Part shown: one piece after another, positions 22,101 to 58,131 of the stretch | Layout: each line of letters starts with the position of its first letter | How positions within the stretch are numbered: the stretch's first letter is position 1 | Notes under the pieces: generated by a model | What the model saw: only the letters and a program-made list of their open reading frames with translations | Database searches by the model: none | What the model was told of the DNA's origin: nothing | Assembly (NCBI GenBank): GCA_002633005.1 | Contig: NMRA01000186.1 | Coordinates: 227,479 to 291,478 of the forward strand | Direction of reading: 5' to 3' | Origin: Phoronis australis | Taxonomy: Eukaryota > Animalia > Phoronida | Length of the DNA stretch: 64,000 bases | Made by a program: the position numbers and the translations under genes

Positions 22101-24207
22101 CTTCCTTGAGGATGCCACAAGTCTGCATAAGGTACTCCACTGACTTTGTCAGTGAAAGGGTTTGGCCCCCCTTCCTTGAGGATGCCACAAGTCTNGAGTT
22201 AATTTGTCGCCTGAGGAATTGGCACAGAACGTTAAAACCCTGATACAGCAGTCAAAATCAGCAGCGCAGCCAACATCATCAAATTTCCTGATTGGCAAAA
22301 ATGTTCGACACAAGTTTGATGAAGGTGATGACCAGGTTTGGTATCATGGCTTTGTTATTTCTCAGGTTAGTATGTAACAAGCTTTGGCAGTGCTTATTAA
22401 CAAAATCACAGCATTTGAAGAGCAACATGCTTTTGATTTTCATGTACTGTAACCTACCTGGCTATTTCTTTTTTCTTTTCACAACCTTTTTGTTTAATAA
22501 TATTATGTCGCCTTTTGTTTGTTAAAATGTTGTGCATAATTTCCAAGTAGTGGTAACATTTTCGCATAACAGTGTTCAAATAATGCTTGTTTGTCTCAGC
22601 AAGAAATCATTTATGAATCATAGTATTGTTTCAGGTCCCCGGATATCCATACTGGTTTAACATCCATTATGACGAAGATGAGGCTGTGTACACCTTTCGG
22701 CTGATGGACGACTTCAGTCAAGGAGATCTCGAAGTGCTAGAATAACTCCATGTTGTAAATAGGTACTCCACTGACTTACAATAGTCTGTGAAAGGGTTTG
22801 GCCTCCCTTCCTTGAGGATGCCACAAGTCTGCATAAGGTACTCCACTGACTTTGTCAGTGAAAGGGTTTGGCCCCCCTTCCTTGAGGATGCCACAAGTCT
22901 GTGTAAGGTGCTCTACTGACTGTCTCTTTACTTGAAGGTACTCCACTGTCAATTTTCAGTGAAAGGGTTTGGCCCCCCTTCCTTGAGGATGCTTTGAGAA
23001 CTTTATTTATTTGTCCATCATACATTCCTTTTTGTGTTCATATCACTTAAGACAACTTTATAAATATGGCAGTTGTTGATACAGCGTGAACATTCCTGGA
23101 TGGCTCAAGACAGGGTCTTCATTTTATTGCATTTATGTGGAAAGTTTATGTTAAAGTTGTATTTATTTTTGTCTTCAGAAGCTTGTATTAAACTATTCAA
23201 TTGATCATACTTGTCATCAATACATTATTTAAATGTTAATCTTTAATTTTTATTTAATGTAGTTGATTTTGACAAAGTTATGTCGGTCACAAACTGCATG
23301 TTAACAAAAAATCACAAAATAATATCAGTAATTTGCTCAACCAATTATCAAATTTTAAATTTCCTGATGAAAAATCTCTTTAAAATGACACCTTATTTGA
23401 CTTTTTCCTTGCGTAATTCTTATTTTATGCCAATTTGAAATAGCAAAATTGTACGTTGTGACTTTTCTTTGTCGGCTGGGTTCACTTTAAGGTCAATATC
23501 TTTGCACAGAAATGTCCAATCAAAATGATTTTTATGGCAAATTATTTATCATAAAAAGTTGTTTAAAATGATGTATCACATGTTTTTCTATGTTACTTAG
23601 TTTTGAATTCATAATATTTTAAAATCACAAATTCTATTTGACAGAATTTTTACCAAAAATTTTGACACGAAAATGACGTTTTCTCTGGAACCATAAGTCC
23701 AATTTAAAAAATTTTTCCACCGTTCTCTTAGTCTCGTAGAGAGCTTTCTAATGATGTATATTACATGCACATTTTCTAAATTTTTAAAAAAATGCTGTTC
23801 TCCCTAGTAGGGATCTTTTCATGTAACGCCCCTAATTTGAGGATTAAGTCCCTGAATTTACTTTAACTGAATTTAAGAGCTCAGTTTTTACTAACATCAT
23901 TAGAAAATGCCATTAGTCAAAGAAGAGCTCATAACGAAGATAAAATGATAGGTAAATATAATATCTGTGAGTAACTAAAGAAGGAAACAAATTTGCAAAA
24001 CATTTAGGGAACTTAGTTGAGTCCCTACTAGGGACTGTTCGGGCACACTGCCGCACAGGAGTCTCAAACAGCAGCATCACAGGGTTTCAAACAATCAGAA
24101 TGATTAGAGGACACAAAGTTTGCTAAATGACATTACCTAAGGGAATTACTTACCATGCATACCATCACAATAACGGAAATGAAAATTAAAGCTATACCGC
24201 GCAGCAT
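1015..24207 (-). CDS. GLB1: Beta-galactosidase (glycoside hydrolase family 35), spliced gene, exons 1-8; 3' exons lie beyond the left edge
   Basis: Exons 24154-24207, 11575-11744, 10797-10947, 7132-7290, 6685-6921, 5334-5455, 1588-1628 and 1015-1130 join in phase. Motifs: [37 protein letters not shown] (acid/base Glu), SEYYVGW (nucleophile Glu), [24 protein letters not shown]. Exon sizes 170/151/122/41 match human GLB1 as recalled. Confidence 0.95.
1588..1628 (-). CDS. GLB1: GLB1 exon 7
   Basis: 41-nt exon [13 protein letters not shown]; CAG/GTAAGA. Confidence 0.93.
2590..3657 (+). mobile_element. HINE-like element, 5' part (same family as 55189-56303)
   Basis: AACAAGAGCAACGCG start; repeated GCCACTAGG(T/A/G)GGCGC units; ends next to the Penelope fragment. 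Confidence 0.65.
3660..4620 (+). mobile_element. Penelope-like retroelement 3' fragment (frameshifted GIY-YIG endonuclease plus pLTR tail)
   Basis: [80 protein letters not shown]. Confidence 0.85.
4665..5237 (+). mobile_element. PIF/Harbinger-type MITE, family A copy 1
   Basis: TIR GGGCTGTTCCAG/CTGGAACAGCCC, TTA TSD; homologous to 10146-10716 and 41077-41639. Confidence 0.9.
5334..5455 (-). CDS. GLB1: GLB1 exon 6
   Basis: [17 protein letters not shown]...GANVN; CAG/GTAGGT. Confidence 0.93.
6685..6921 (-). CDS. GLB1: GLB1 exon 5
   Basis: [15 protein letters not shown]...LFTTDGAG...TVDFGPG...PKGPL; CAG/GTGAGC. Confidence 0.95.
7132..7290 (-). CDS. GLB1: GLB1 exon 4 (GC donor)
   Basis: [21 protein letters not shown]...[10 protein letters not shown]; donor CAG|GCAAGT. 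Confidence 0.92.
7819..8331 (+). mobile_element. Possible degenerate solo LTR
   Basis: TG start, repeated AGAACATTCT/TTCTAGAA motifs, TATAAATA box at ~7982; no clear TSD or terminal CA. Confidence 0.3.
8573..9223. other. Assembly gap (651 N)
   Basis: N run. Confidence 1.
9224..9598 (+). mobile_element. HINE-like element, 3' part (5' part lost in gap)
   Basis: CCACTAGG units, CGGA microsatellite, terminal hairpin ATGCGTCCACATATAAATATGTGGGCGCAT. Confidence 0.65.
10146..10716 (+). mobile_element. PIF/Harbinger-type MITE, family A copy 2
   Basis: Same TIRs, TTA TSD. Confidence 0.9.
10797..10947 (-). CDS. GLB1: GLB1 exon 3
   Basis: [16 protein letters not shown]...[13 protein letters not shown]; CAG/GTAAGT. 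Confidence 0.95.
11575..11744 (-). CDS. GLB1: GLB1 exon 2
   Basis: [56 protein letters not shown]; TAG acceptor, GTAAGA donor. Confidence 0.95.
12068..12307. mobile_element. Harbinger-type MITE with CTG TSD
   Basis: GGGCCCGTTCCAACAAAACTGACT ... AGTCAGTTTCTTGGAACAGGCCC, flanked by CTG on both sides. Confidence 0.8.
13593..14330. repeat. 348-bp tandem duplication rich in TAGTGTACGTAC motifs
   Basis: Paired motifs start at 13595, 13943 and 14291 (period 348) with alignable spacers. Confidence 0.8.
16940..17380 (+). CDS. Ser/Pro-rich 146-aa ORF inside the hATw-like element (possible accessory ORF or uORF)
   Basis: ATG-initiated ORF 8 nt after a TTTATCAG acceptor; more GC-rich than flanks; no recognisable domain. 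Confidence 0.35.
   Translation: MSRINSVSSDSASSSWSRSFFFPTSTDTTCILSVNSVGSSLSRSSSYIFGKAGSYSGVGYLRPKAVSDADRHTCVTDLDDLMDTRSEPPSLWLSPPPIRRCFSAPDAVGESVKKYRMPPPPPKTLPNKYRAAFMSEQCIPSTSDSK
18750..22039 (+). pseudogene. hAT-type DDE transposase with C-terminal Spindlin (Spin/Ssty) Tudor-like domain; exons 18750-21665 and 21929-22039; one in-frame TGA at 20904-20906
   Basis: LSDETS (D360), MSDRAA (D433), FCGLH (CxxH), [18 protein letters not shown] (E756). The two ORF-track ORFs are in the same frame. GT-AG intron 21666-21928. C-terminus [10 protein letters not shown]...[45 protein letters not shown]. Confidence 0.8.
21496..22900 (+). repeat. ~700-bp near-identical tandem duplication split by a single N (probable haplotype-overlap assembly artefact)
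   Basis: 21496-22194 is repeated as 22196-22900 with few SNPs/indels; N at 22195. Confidence 0.85.
22755..22992 (+). repeat. ~70-bp tandem repeats downstream of the transposase
   Basis: AGGTACTCCACTGAC...GTGAAAGGGTTTGGCCCCCCTTCCTTGAGGATGC, about 3 copies (also at 22055-22194). Confidence 0.8.
24154..24207 (-). CDS. GLB1: GLB1 exon 1 (signal peptide)
   Basis: [18 protein letters not shown], hydrophobic, followed by GTAAGT donor; phase 0 matches exon 2. Confidence 0.8.
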
Positions 24208-24780
24208 TTTACGTATCAATTGTTGACGCTTGACGAAGAAGTTAGCTGCAACATCATGTGCTTGTTAAAGTAGGTCAAGTTTAAGTCATCCAGGGGTCAA
24301 TCAAAATGAAACTGTTGAATGAAGAGACTTGTTTTCCCACTACAAAATTATTTGTATGATTTTTGATAAAGCGTACAAATTATGCAGTTTTGTTGCTCAA
24401 ATTCAATGAAATTTATGATATATCTTGATAATTTATAACGGATGACGTCATACCCACAATGCCGCGTATGATAAATATGGAGGTGTCTGGTTAAGATTTT
24501 TCATCGTCTGTCAAGAATTTATGGTTTTATTTTCTCAGAGGTGACACTATTTTGCGATTTTTACCTCGCATTCACCTTTGAAGACCTATTTGAATCAGTT
24601 GAGTGAACAATATCTTAATTGTTCGTACACTTCATCTTTGATTTCCATTCGGGAGAAGTATATTCAGCCGCCGGGAATATTCGATCGTGCTCGGAAGATT
24701 GAGAAATGGAGGTGTAATATTTAATTAGGCTTCCTCAGAGTGTATTCTGAAAGGTACTTTGACCCGAAATTTCAGAAACA
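24208..24780. promoter_or_regulatory. Bidirectional promoter and 5' UTR region shared by GLB1 and Khc
   Basis: Divergent start codons ~570 bp apart; CRE palindrome ATGACGTCAT at 24442-24451 abutting ZNF143/Staf-like TACCCACAATGC at 24451-24462; ACTACAA at 24339-24345. Confidence 0.7.
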
Positions 24781-50503
<25,723 letters not shown>

Positions 50504-53500
50504 GTTTGTTATTGATTGACAGGTTTTCCTGCCCTGATAGTTTTAAGGTGGCAGATAATGGGAGTGGCTTCAGTTTGATTAGCCTTATAGTGACCCTGCG
50601 AGTTCTGTAGTAATCTTATAAGAAGAATTGGTTGATTAGATATGGAGGCTGTAAAGGGTTAGAAAAAAGTCTGTGACTGGCGAAATCAGATCTGGATTAT
50701 GTGACATTCTAATTTGGGGAACTTTGATGGATATGAAATCAAAAACTGCGATGTGACATCTACAGGCATGTTGTTTTTTAATATCCAGTGATTGTAAGGC
50801 ACATCGAGAACACTTAATTTTGAAATCAATTGTTTTCATAAGCAGAAAGACCACCTTAAAATGTTGACTGTAAATACAAACTATGTCACAAAGGGTGCAG
50901 CACATGTCATGTTGGTGCAATACTGAATGAAATGCTTCCACCTAGCAGTTGAACGAAACTTGCAATAATAGAAGACCACATAAAAGACCACGTCTGTCAG
51001 TCCACTCTCTCTCTCTCTCCATCTCATCCCTTCTCTCTCTGTCCACCTCCCTATCTCTCTTAGTTATTGTTAAGGTAGTTACTCCTTGGTATAATAGGTT
51101 TTCTTTAGGAAGTGTTACTTGGCATGGGATTCATTTCAAATTTGTTTCAGCAAGAATTTAGGATGATGAATAATCATCAGCATAAATCCACACCAAGTTC
51201 AGCTGCCACATAGCAGTAAGAGAGTCTATTAGTAACTTAATCTAAGATATTTAGTGTGTAACCGGTCACTCCGTTTATATAGTATGTGCTTTGTTTATCG
51301 TTAAAAGTGTAAAATATAAGAATGAAGTACCTATTTTAAGTGGAAGTTAAGGACTGGTATTAGCTGAGCATACAAGCATTTTATACGACATCACAACGGA
51401 TAGGTGAAATTGGCAAATACCTGTAAGGAGTTTTCATACGTAGTGCAGCACCTTCGGTCTATAACATATACTCGATAAACTCTCATCTGGTCATCTTGTT
51501 CTGACTGGATAATTACTTTCTGTTTGTTGTGTATTTTGTTTACATCTGTTATTAGATGTTTCTGTTTGTTCAAGTTGCCTATTGCAGCTGTTGCTATCGA
51601 GGCTGCACTTTGCTATAGCCGTTTCTCTTGGTAAGTTCTGGCAAATGAAGTCCCCATTGCTGCATAGATACAACATCCAAATTAATGACACCCTCCATAC
51701 ACAGCTTTGGTAATAGCTGCTTTTCGTTGTCCCTGAAGAAGTTAAGTGGCTGTAATCCTGCCTCAAAGATGCTGACTTTTGATTTAGACCACCTGCCACT
51801 TTGAAATGGATCTTGATTTGTTCATTACTCTGATGAGAACTGGATTTTAGGCTTAAAAACCAGTGAATTATTACTTAAAACGATGGTTGATGCATAAAGT
51901 GGTCCACTTTGATGACCCAAATTGTGGGGCCTAGTTTCGAGCAGTAACTAGCTCCCAGTTGTTTCCATTCCCTAAAATTGCCTATAATTGGAATAATGTA
52001 CAGTCAAGTTGATGTCAGTTTAGTAATGGAAAGTGATCTAAATCAAAAAGCATGTATTTTGACTTAAAGTAGGTTTTTATGCCCTCTTAATAAAACCCAG
52101 TTGGTGCATTAAGCTTACCCAGAGTAGTTGTGCACTCCAATTAAAGGTCAAATTTGGTTAAGCAAATTATGTGCTGAAGGTCCCCTAGGGACTGTGGACT
52201 TAACATCAGTCAAGGAAAATGGGGAGATGAATTTCTGGAAGTAAAGAAAGCCACATCCAGCAGTGTTGGGGAGCATCAAGAAGAGTATGACAGTTAAGAT
52301 GTTCACCTGTCACAATATGAGTGCTCCCATAGTCACTAAATGGCATTCAAATTTAAACTCTCTCTTGCAGAGAACTCACAAATTTGACATTACCCAGCCT
52401 TCCAGGCTCACATTTGTCCCTTGACAGATAATGCTAAGAAGACCGGCTGCAAAAGGCAACTTAAGGCATGTGTGACATCTCACCACTGACTTTATAAATA
52501 TACTAACTGAGTTGCTGTTATGACCTCTAGCTCATCAATGAAGGATCCATCTCAACACCTCATACGCTCTGCACGGTCACTCGTTGAAAACATGACCAAA
52601 ATGTATGTACCCGTCAGGCTGTAGGCACAGGCAACGCTCGCTATGGAAGGGGCTGTGTGCTGGTCCATTTTTCATAGTCAAAATTTAAAGTTATTGTAGT
52701 TGGTTGTTTTTCTCTTCTCGCTAATACCTGCTTCTTTATGTCTTAGTTTGCTGTCACAGGGCTCGATTTGGTGACCTGCAGGTAAATGGTGCAACCTCGG
52801 GTTTTGTTTAGTGACCTGGCAAAAATCCCGTGTCACCACAAAGTTGCCACACTCATTTATGAGCATGCATTCAAAACAATACAGAAAGTAAACAAACTGG
52901 AGTCAGAATTGTTCGGCAAAAATTGGAAACGCCCATTCATGACTCATGCACAGACAGTGTGTCCCGGTTGTTTTCATTTCCCTTAGGTAGGGAGTTAGTC
53001 TGCATAGAACATGTGGCTAGAAGGGGGCATTGGTTGTTGATGTACTCCTAATTTTTCATTCAACTAAAAACGAAAAAAGACCGCCAAGCAATGTCATTTG
53101 CTTAATTCACGGGTTCTTCAGATTTCCAGATTTTCTCATATCAGATGACCGCCAACTGTGCGTAGGGGCCAGGACTTACACATCGTTGCATACAAGATTT
53201 CCTTGTTTTGGCAAGTTCATTTCATGTTTGGGAGACTGGCAATTTTGCCAGGTCGCCTTGAGCAAGCTGACATTATGCTAAGTGTCGAGCCCTGTACGAT
53301 ATGAATATGTGACATTTCTCCTGTTCGATATCACAATTCCATTTATACACTAGTCATAAAGCTTCATCCCATAGCACCTATTCCTTGTCTGCCTCGCACT
53401 GTACCCGCTACCTTCTGTTCCCCCTTTTCTTGATTGATGCCTGTTATAACCGCCGTATACATCCTGTCTGCACAGCCCACTGGCATTGCTCTGCAACTTA

Positions 53501-54760
53501 GAGTGCGGAGCGCCCCTGTCGCCTTGTGCTGAAACTGTGCAGGAAGCCATGTTCTGACTGAATTCACCTATTCACAATAAACAGGAGTTCCACAACGTTT
53601 TCAATCATCACAAAAACATTTATCCAAACATAACAAACATAATCTTGAATCAAGAAATTGTGTGTAATCTTGTTTTACGGTTTGTTGCCATTATAATTTA
53701 ATTTCGGTATTCCGCCATGTTAATGCCCACTTCTTCAAAGCCCCCCCTTCAACTTCGAGGTAAGTTTGTTAATCGCCAACGGATGCTCGTTTTAATGCCC
53801 TACCATCCCCCTTAACTTCTGAAGAAATGTTCCATAAATATCTATGAGACCCAGCAATTTTGTGATTAATTCCGATGCCAATTTTTTTGTATATTTTCGG
53901 TACTCGTTTTGCAACATCAACATACGGATTATCCAGTCAGGTTTATATAGCAACCCTTTTTGTGGGGGGCATTTGCATAGTCAAGTGGACATATACTCAA
54001 TTAGTGTGCATTTACACAATCATGTATTAATGCCAACATCCATCCCCAACTTTCTGTATTATGAAAAACTTGTGGGTATTTACATGGCAGAATACAGTGG
54101 TATTGAGTGTTGTTTCCTGTCCAGTTTTTATATAATTTACCATTATTAGGGGAAGGCAGGGAAAGTTGAGCATTTGGGAGTTAACTGAGCCACTGCTATC
54201 AAGAAAAGGCATCGCGGCTCCAGTCGACACTTTGTCAACTGTCCAGACAGGTTGGGCATAGGATGTACATTTAGTCCACTTATTCCAGCTCATGTATAGG
54301 TGGCAGTGGCTCAAGGTACTGCTGCACAACTTGCCCTGCCTTCCCCTGAACCAGACAACTTGACACCTGCGACCATTGATGTGTTAGAGACAAGTTGTTT
54401 GGGTGCAGGAGTTAGCTGTTTGCACAGCCTGTGTGTGTGTATAAAATAACCAGCTTTGTTTGTTGTACTGTACCAAGAATTTTGTGATGACAATTGCAAT
54501 TGCCCACCCCTTCTGTGACCTCGAGGTTGAACATGAACCGTTTGGCTAATTCTGAGTGCTGTGATAACACTGCGTGTGTTCGAGTTAAAGGAGAATGCCA
54601 CCCGATTTAATTGTTTTTTTTTACCGTCTTAATCGGTCTATATCCACATCGCCTTGCATAAGGTCCACCTTACCTTGCCGAGAGGTGTCGTGTTAACCTG
54701 TGAGGAAGGTGAAAAACGATGCAGCGACGTCAGTGGTTCATTTGCAGAGTGAATGCCGCT

Positions 54761-55036
54761 ATGTGGTGGTGCATTGTTCCTGCTTGTCCAAACTATGAAG
54801 CTGCGAGGAAAGCGGTTTTATCGTTTTATCGACTTCCTCGAGAGCCCCAATTGCTTAGGAAGTGGCTTGCGGTAGTGAAGGATGAAAAGTACGCTGTTAA
54901 TGGCAAGTACGAAGCCGTGAAACATCTCCGTGTCTGTGGCTGGCATTTCGTCGATAATGATTTCTGTGACGAATGCCGGCTTACCAAACAACTATCCATA
55001 CGTTCCATTGCCTGTGCATGTTCACGACGCCTCTAG
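54761..55036 (+). pseudogene. THAP (C2CH zinc finger) domain ORF, probably a transposon remnant or orphan exon
   Basis: WCIVPACPN...SFYRLPREPQLLRKWL...LRVCGWHF: C-x4-C, P, W, C-x2-H-F; AVPT box apparently lost by frameshift. Confidence 0.7.
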
Positions 55037-55188
55037 TATTTCTTGATCAATGTATTCCAGTTCAAACTGATAGCTTGTGAAACCTAACAATCAACATGTG
55101 AAGTCTTCCTCGGATTGTGAGTTACCATGTTGAGGTTTATTATTCTGCGTTCTGTTTCAAAATGAATTATTCTCACCGTAACCAATGC

Positions 55189-55883
55189 TTATGCGCCCAC
55201 ATATTTATATGTGGACTCATTATGCCGTCATCTCCGTCCGTCCGTCCGTGCGGCGTCCGTTCGGCCAGAAATTTGGCACATATGTTCCATTCATGAATGG
55301 GACGGCATGAGTGAACTTTCGGACAGATACGACTACCGGTGTGCCCCCTAGTGGCAATTTTAGTTTTTTACGCTTATCTTTGTATCTTCAAAAGTCCTTT
55401 ACGGATTTTCAAGAAATTTGGTGTCTAGGCACCTAATAGTGAGGTGATGCTATCCTCCCGTTTTCAGATGGATTCAACGTAGGTTGCGCCACTTAGTGAC
55501 CATGTTTACTGTTTTCGAGTCCACCCCTCTATCAACCAAACCGCTCAAAGGGCGATTGTGAAAATTGGTATGTATGTGCTTACTATGAAGACGGTTGATG
55601 ATGATTTTCCGACGATTTTGACTACTGTGGCGCCTCCTTGTGGCAGTTTTGTTTTTTTACTTTTACCTCTGTATCTTCAAAGATCCTCAACAGATTTTCA
55701 TAAAATTTTAAATATAGGCATCTATTGTTGTGATGACGCTATCTTGCTGTTTTTGGATGGAATCGTGGTATTTTGCACCACCTAGTGGCCATTTTTGCTG
55801 TTTTCGAATCTTATTTTTGGCGTCCTCTGTATCAACCAAATCATTTGAAAATTGGCACGTATGTTCTCAGTGTGAAGATGACC

Positions 55884-55953
<70 letters not shown>

Positions 55954-56303
55954 GTGACTGACTACTGTGGCGCCTCCTAGTGGCAGTTTGTTTCGTTTCC
56001 ATAGTTGTATCTCCTTAACCCACTGCAGGATCTTTATTAAATTTAGTAAGTGTATTTATATGAAGATAACAACAGACGACGACGATTTTCAGGTGGATCC
56101 AACGGACAGTTTATGCTGTTTTCCTTTGTTTCTCTGAAGTTCCTTGATAGATTTTTATGAAATATGGCATGTTCCTGTTTTCTAATGGATTCTATGTTTT
56201 TGTGCTATCTAGTGGCCATTTTTATGATACAAATAAATAACCCTTAAAGCACACCATTTGGAATGCATTTGTAGGCGCATTTCAATGCTCTCGTTGCTCT
56301 TGT
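55189..56303 (-). mobile_element. Helentron-associated (HINE-like) non-autonomous element, apparently full-length
   Basis: On the minus strand it starts ACAAGAGCAACG..ATGCGCCTAC, has internal CCACTAGG-core tandem units and a GGAC microsatellite, and ends with an inverted repeat to GTGGGCGCATAA; homologous to 2590-3657 and 9224-9598. Confidence 0.65.
55887..55952. repeat. (GAT)22 microsatellite
   Basis: Perfect trinucleotide run. Confidence 0.95.
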
Positions 56304-57610
56304 ATAAAATTGAAACAAAGCTTGTCTCATTAGTAACAATTTGTAATGCCTTTGGAGTGTTTGAGAGTGCAAATCTTTTGAGAAGCCAGTATTGAATAAG
56401 CCACTGCGTTACCGGCTTTAGATGCAATAAAGGTAATTGACCGTGCATCGAGGCCATGTGAACGCATGCTAATTCAGTGTTAGCTGACAGAGAGCTGTTG
56501 TAAAACCGATTTTAGATGCTATGGTCACACTTAGGTTTATAAATACATTATTCAAATCATTGTTACTGTACAACTTTTGCCCTGGCGGTTCTGTGGCCCG
56601 GACAAGTTTGTAGATTTTCATTTTCGTGGCTATTTCATCAAAATAATTACATGCAGATTATTTCTTTGGCTCTCTAATATAGTCTTGTCATGACTGAAGG
56701 TTTAGTTACCAACTTAAGCTTGTTTATGTTCGTGATGTCCAGTCCTGGCGGCCGCGACGGGCCAGTTCGAGCCACTGGCTGGTATAACACGCGTTCCGTG
56801 TTTTTAGAACTGAAAAAATCGCAAGACTAAATCTACAACACACAGCTATGTTCTCCTGTCTGTATTTCATGGAAGAATGATTCGAATTATCACCAAACAG
56901 ACCCAAATTCCCGCGATCGACCATAGTAACTTGGCTTACCAGAACTCTGTAGGCTACGGTACTTTCAAATACCTATAAATCTATAACAGTGAAATAAAAC
57001 AACATGTTTGTTAAAGAACTCGGTGTATTTGTAAGGGTTTTTCAGTGAATTTTGATGAATTCAAGCGATAAGTTGACACTAGTAAGCTTGTTGTGAACGG
57101 CTGAATAGACTGCGATCGAACTGATTCCGTCATTGCTTAATTTCAACACCTCCGTCTGCCGTCAGGTGTCGGGTAAAACAATTGAGCTTGCTGTTATCGA
57201 GTGAGGCTACTCGACTTAAATTCAAAATATTTTGTTTTTGGGTGGCATTTTCCTTTAATGTCCACGAAAGTCTTAAAGTCATTATTCACCATCACACCTT
57301 TAAGCTAGATAATTAAATGTTCCTGGCATGTGGGTTAAAGTGGCCTCTTCATGCGTCATCATCAAATTCTTGACGTGCTTGCGTCTGTACTCCTGATTGG
57401 CTACTGTTTCTTGTTATAGCCCTCTCACGTCCCCAGAGATCGTTCTCAGTGTGCAGCGACTACCCACTCTCCCCAATAGGTGAGCTTGGCTAAATGAGGG
57501 CGCCACTGCAGGCTCGCTCAACTTGCTCTCGCCAGCTGTACTCCCTTTAAATGGAGAACAACATATTTTCCCCTTTACATTACTCCTCAGTGTGTGTCTG
57601 TTATCTTTAA

Positions 57611-58131
57611 GGTTATGTGGGACCTCATCTACAAGTATGTGTGTTTAGCCAAATCTGTGGAAAACTGTAGATTTTAACTTCCAAAAGGTTTATTTTCGTA
57701 AGGTAGAAGGCCTGCAAAGTGTCATTATTACCTTTAGACCAATCTGCCATTAATTGGGTCGTGTGACCTTATCTTTCGCTAAAATTTACCGAAAAAGTGC
57801 ATTGCTATAGCAAACAGTTACAGTATCGGTATGACCAAATTTCATTTGATATTTAATTATTTTCAAGATGACAAAAATGATCCAAACGTTTTTTATGTGA
57901 TCATTTCGTTTTCATTTCTGTTTTCTGCAACTTTTGTGTTTTTCCATCAAAGTCATAAAAGTCCTATTTCTGATAGAAATATGTAGCATTTTAAAAACAT
58001 GCCTAACAGCTTGTTGGAGAATGGTACGAACTTAATATCTAAAGGTTTCATATCAATCTGATCAGCCATTTCAAAGCTATGTTGTTCTGAAGTTTGTCAA
58101 ATGTGGACATTTTATAGAGTCCCACATAATC
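57611..58131. mobile_element. TTAA-flanked MITE (Kolobok-like)
   Basis: TTAA GGTTATGTGGGAC ... GTCCCACATAATC TTAA. Confidence 0.75.

Larger units (their letters stand above)
15776..23806 (+). mobile_element. Full-length hAT-superfamily DNA transposon (hATw-like, 7-bp TSD) in GLB1 intron 1
   Basis: Left end TAGCGAGGACAATATT versus right-end reverse complement TAGGGAGAACAGCATT (12/16); flanking direct repeat GTAGGGA at 15769-15775 and 23807-23813; internal DDE transposase. Confidence 0.8.

Noticed and set aside
11745-24153. Nested TMPPE metallophosphoesterase gene, as in human GLB1 intron 1
   Set aside because: No metallophosphoesterase motifs in any ORF; the large ORF is a transposase
55773-55961. 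Poly-Asp protein
   Set aside because: Translation of a (GAT)n microsatellite inside a repeat element
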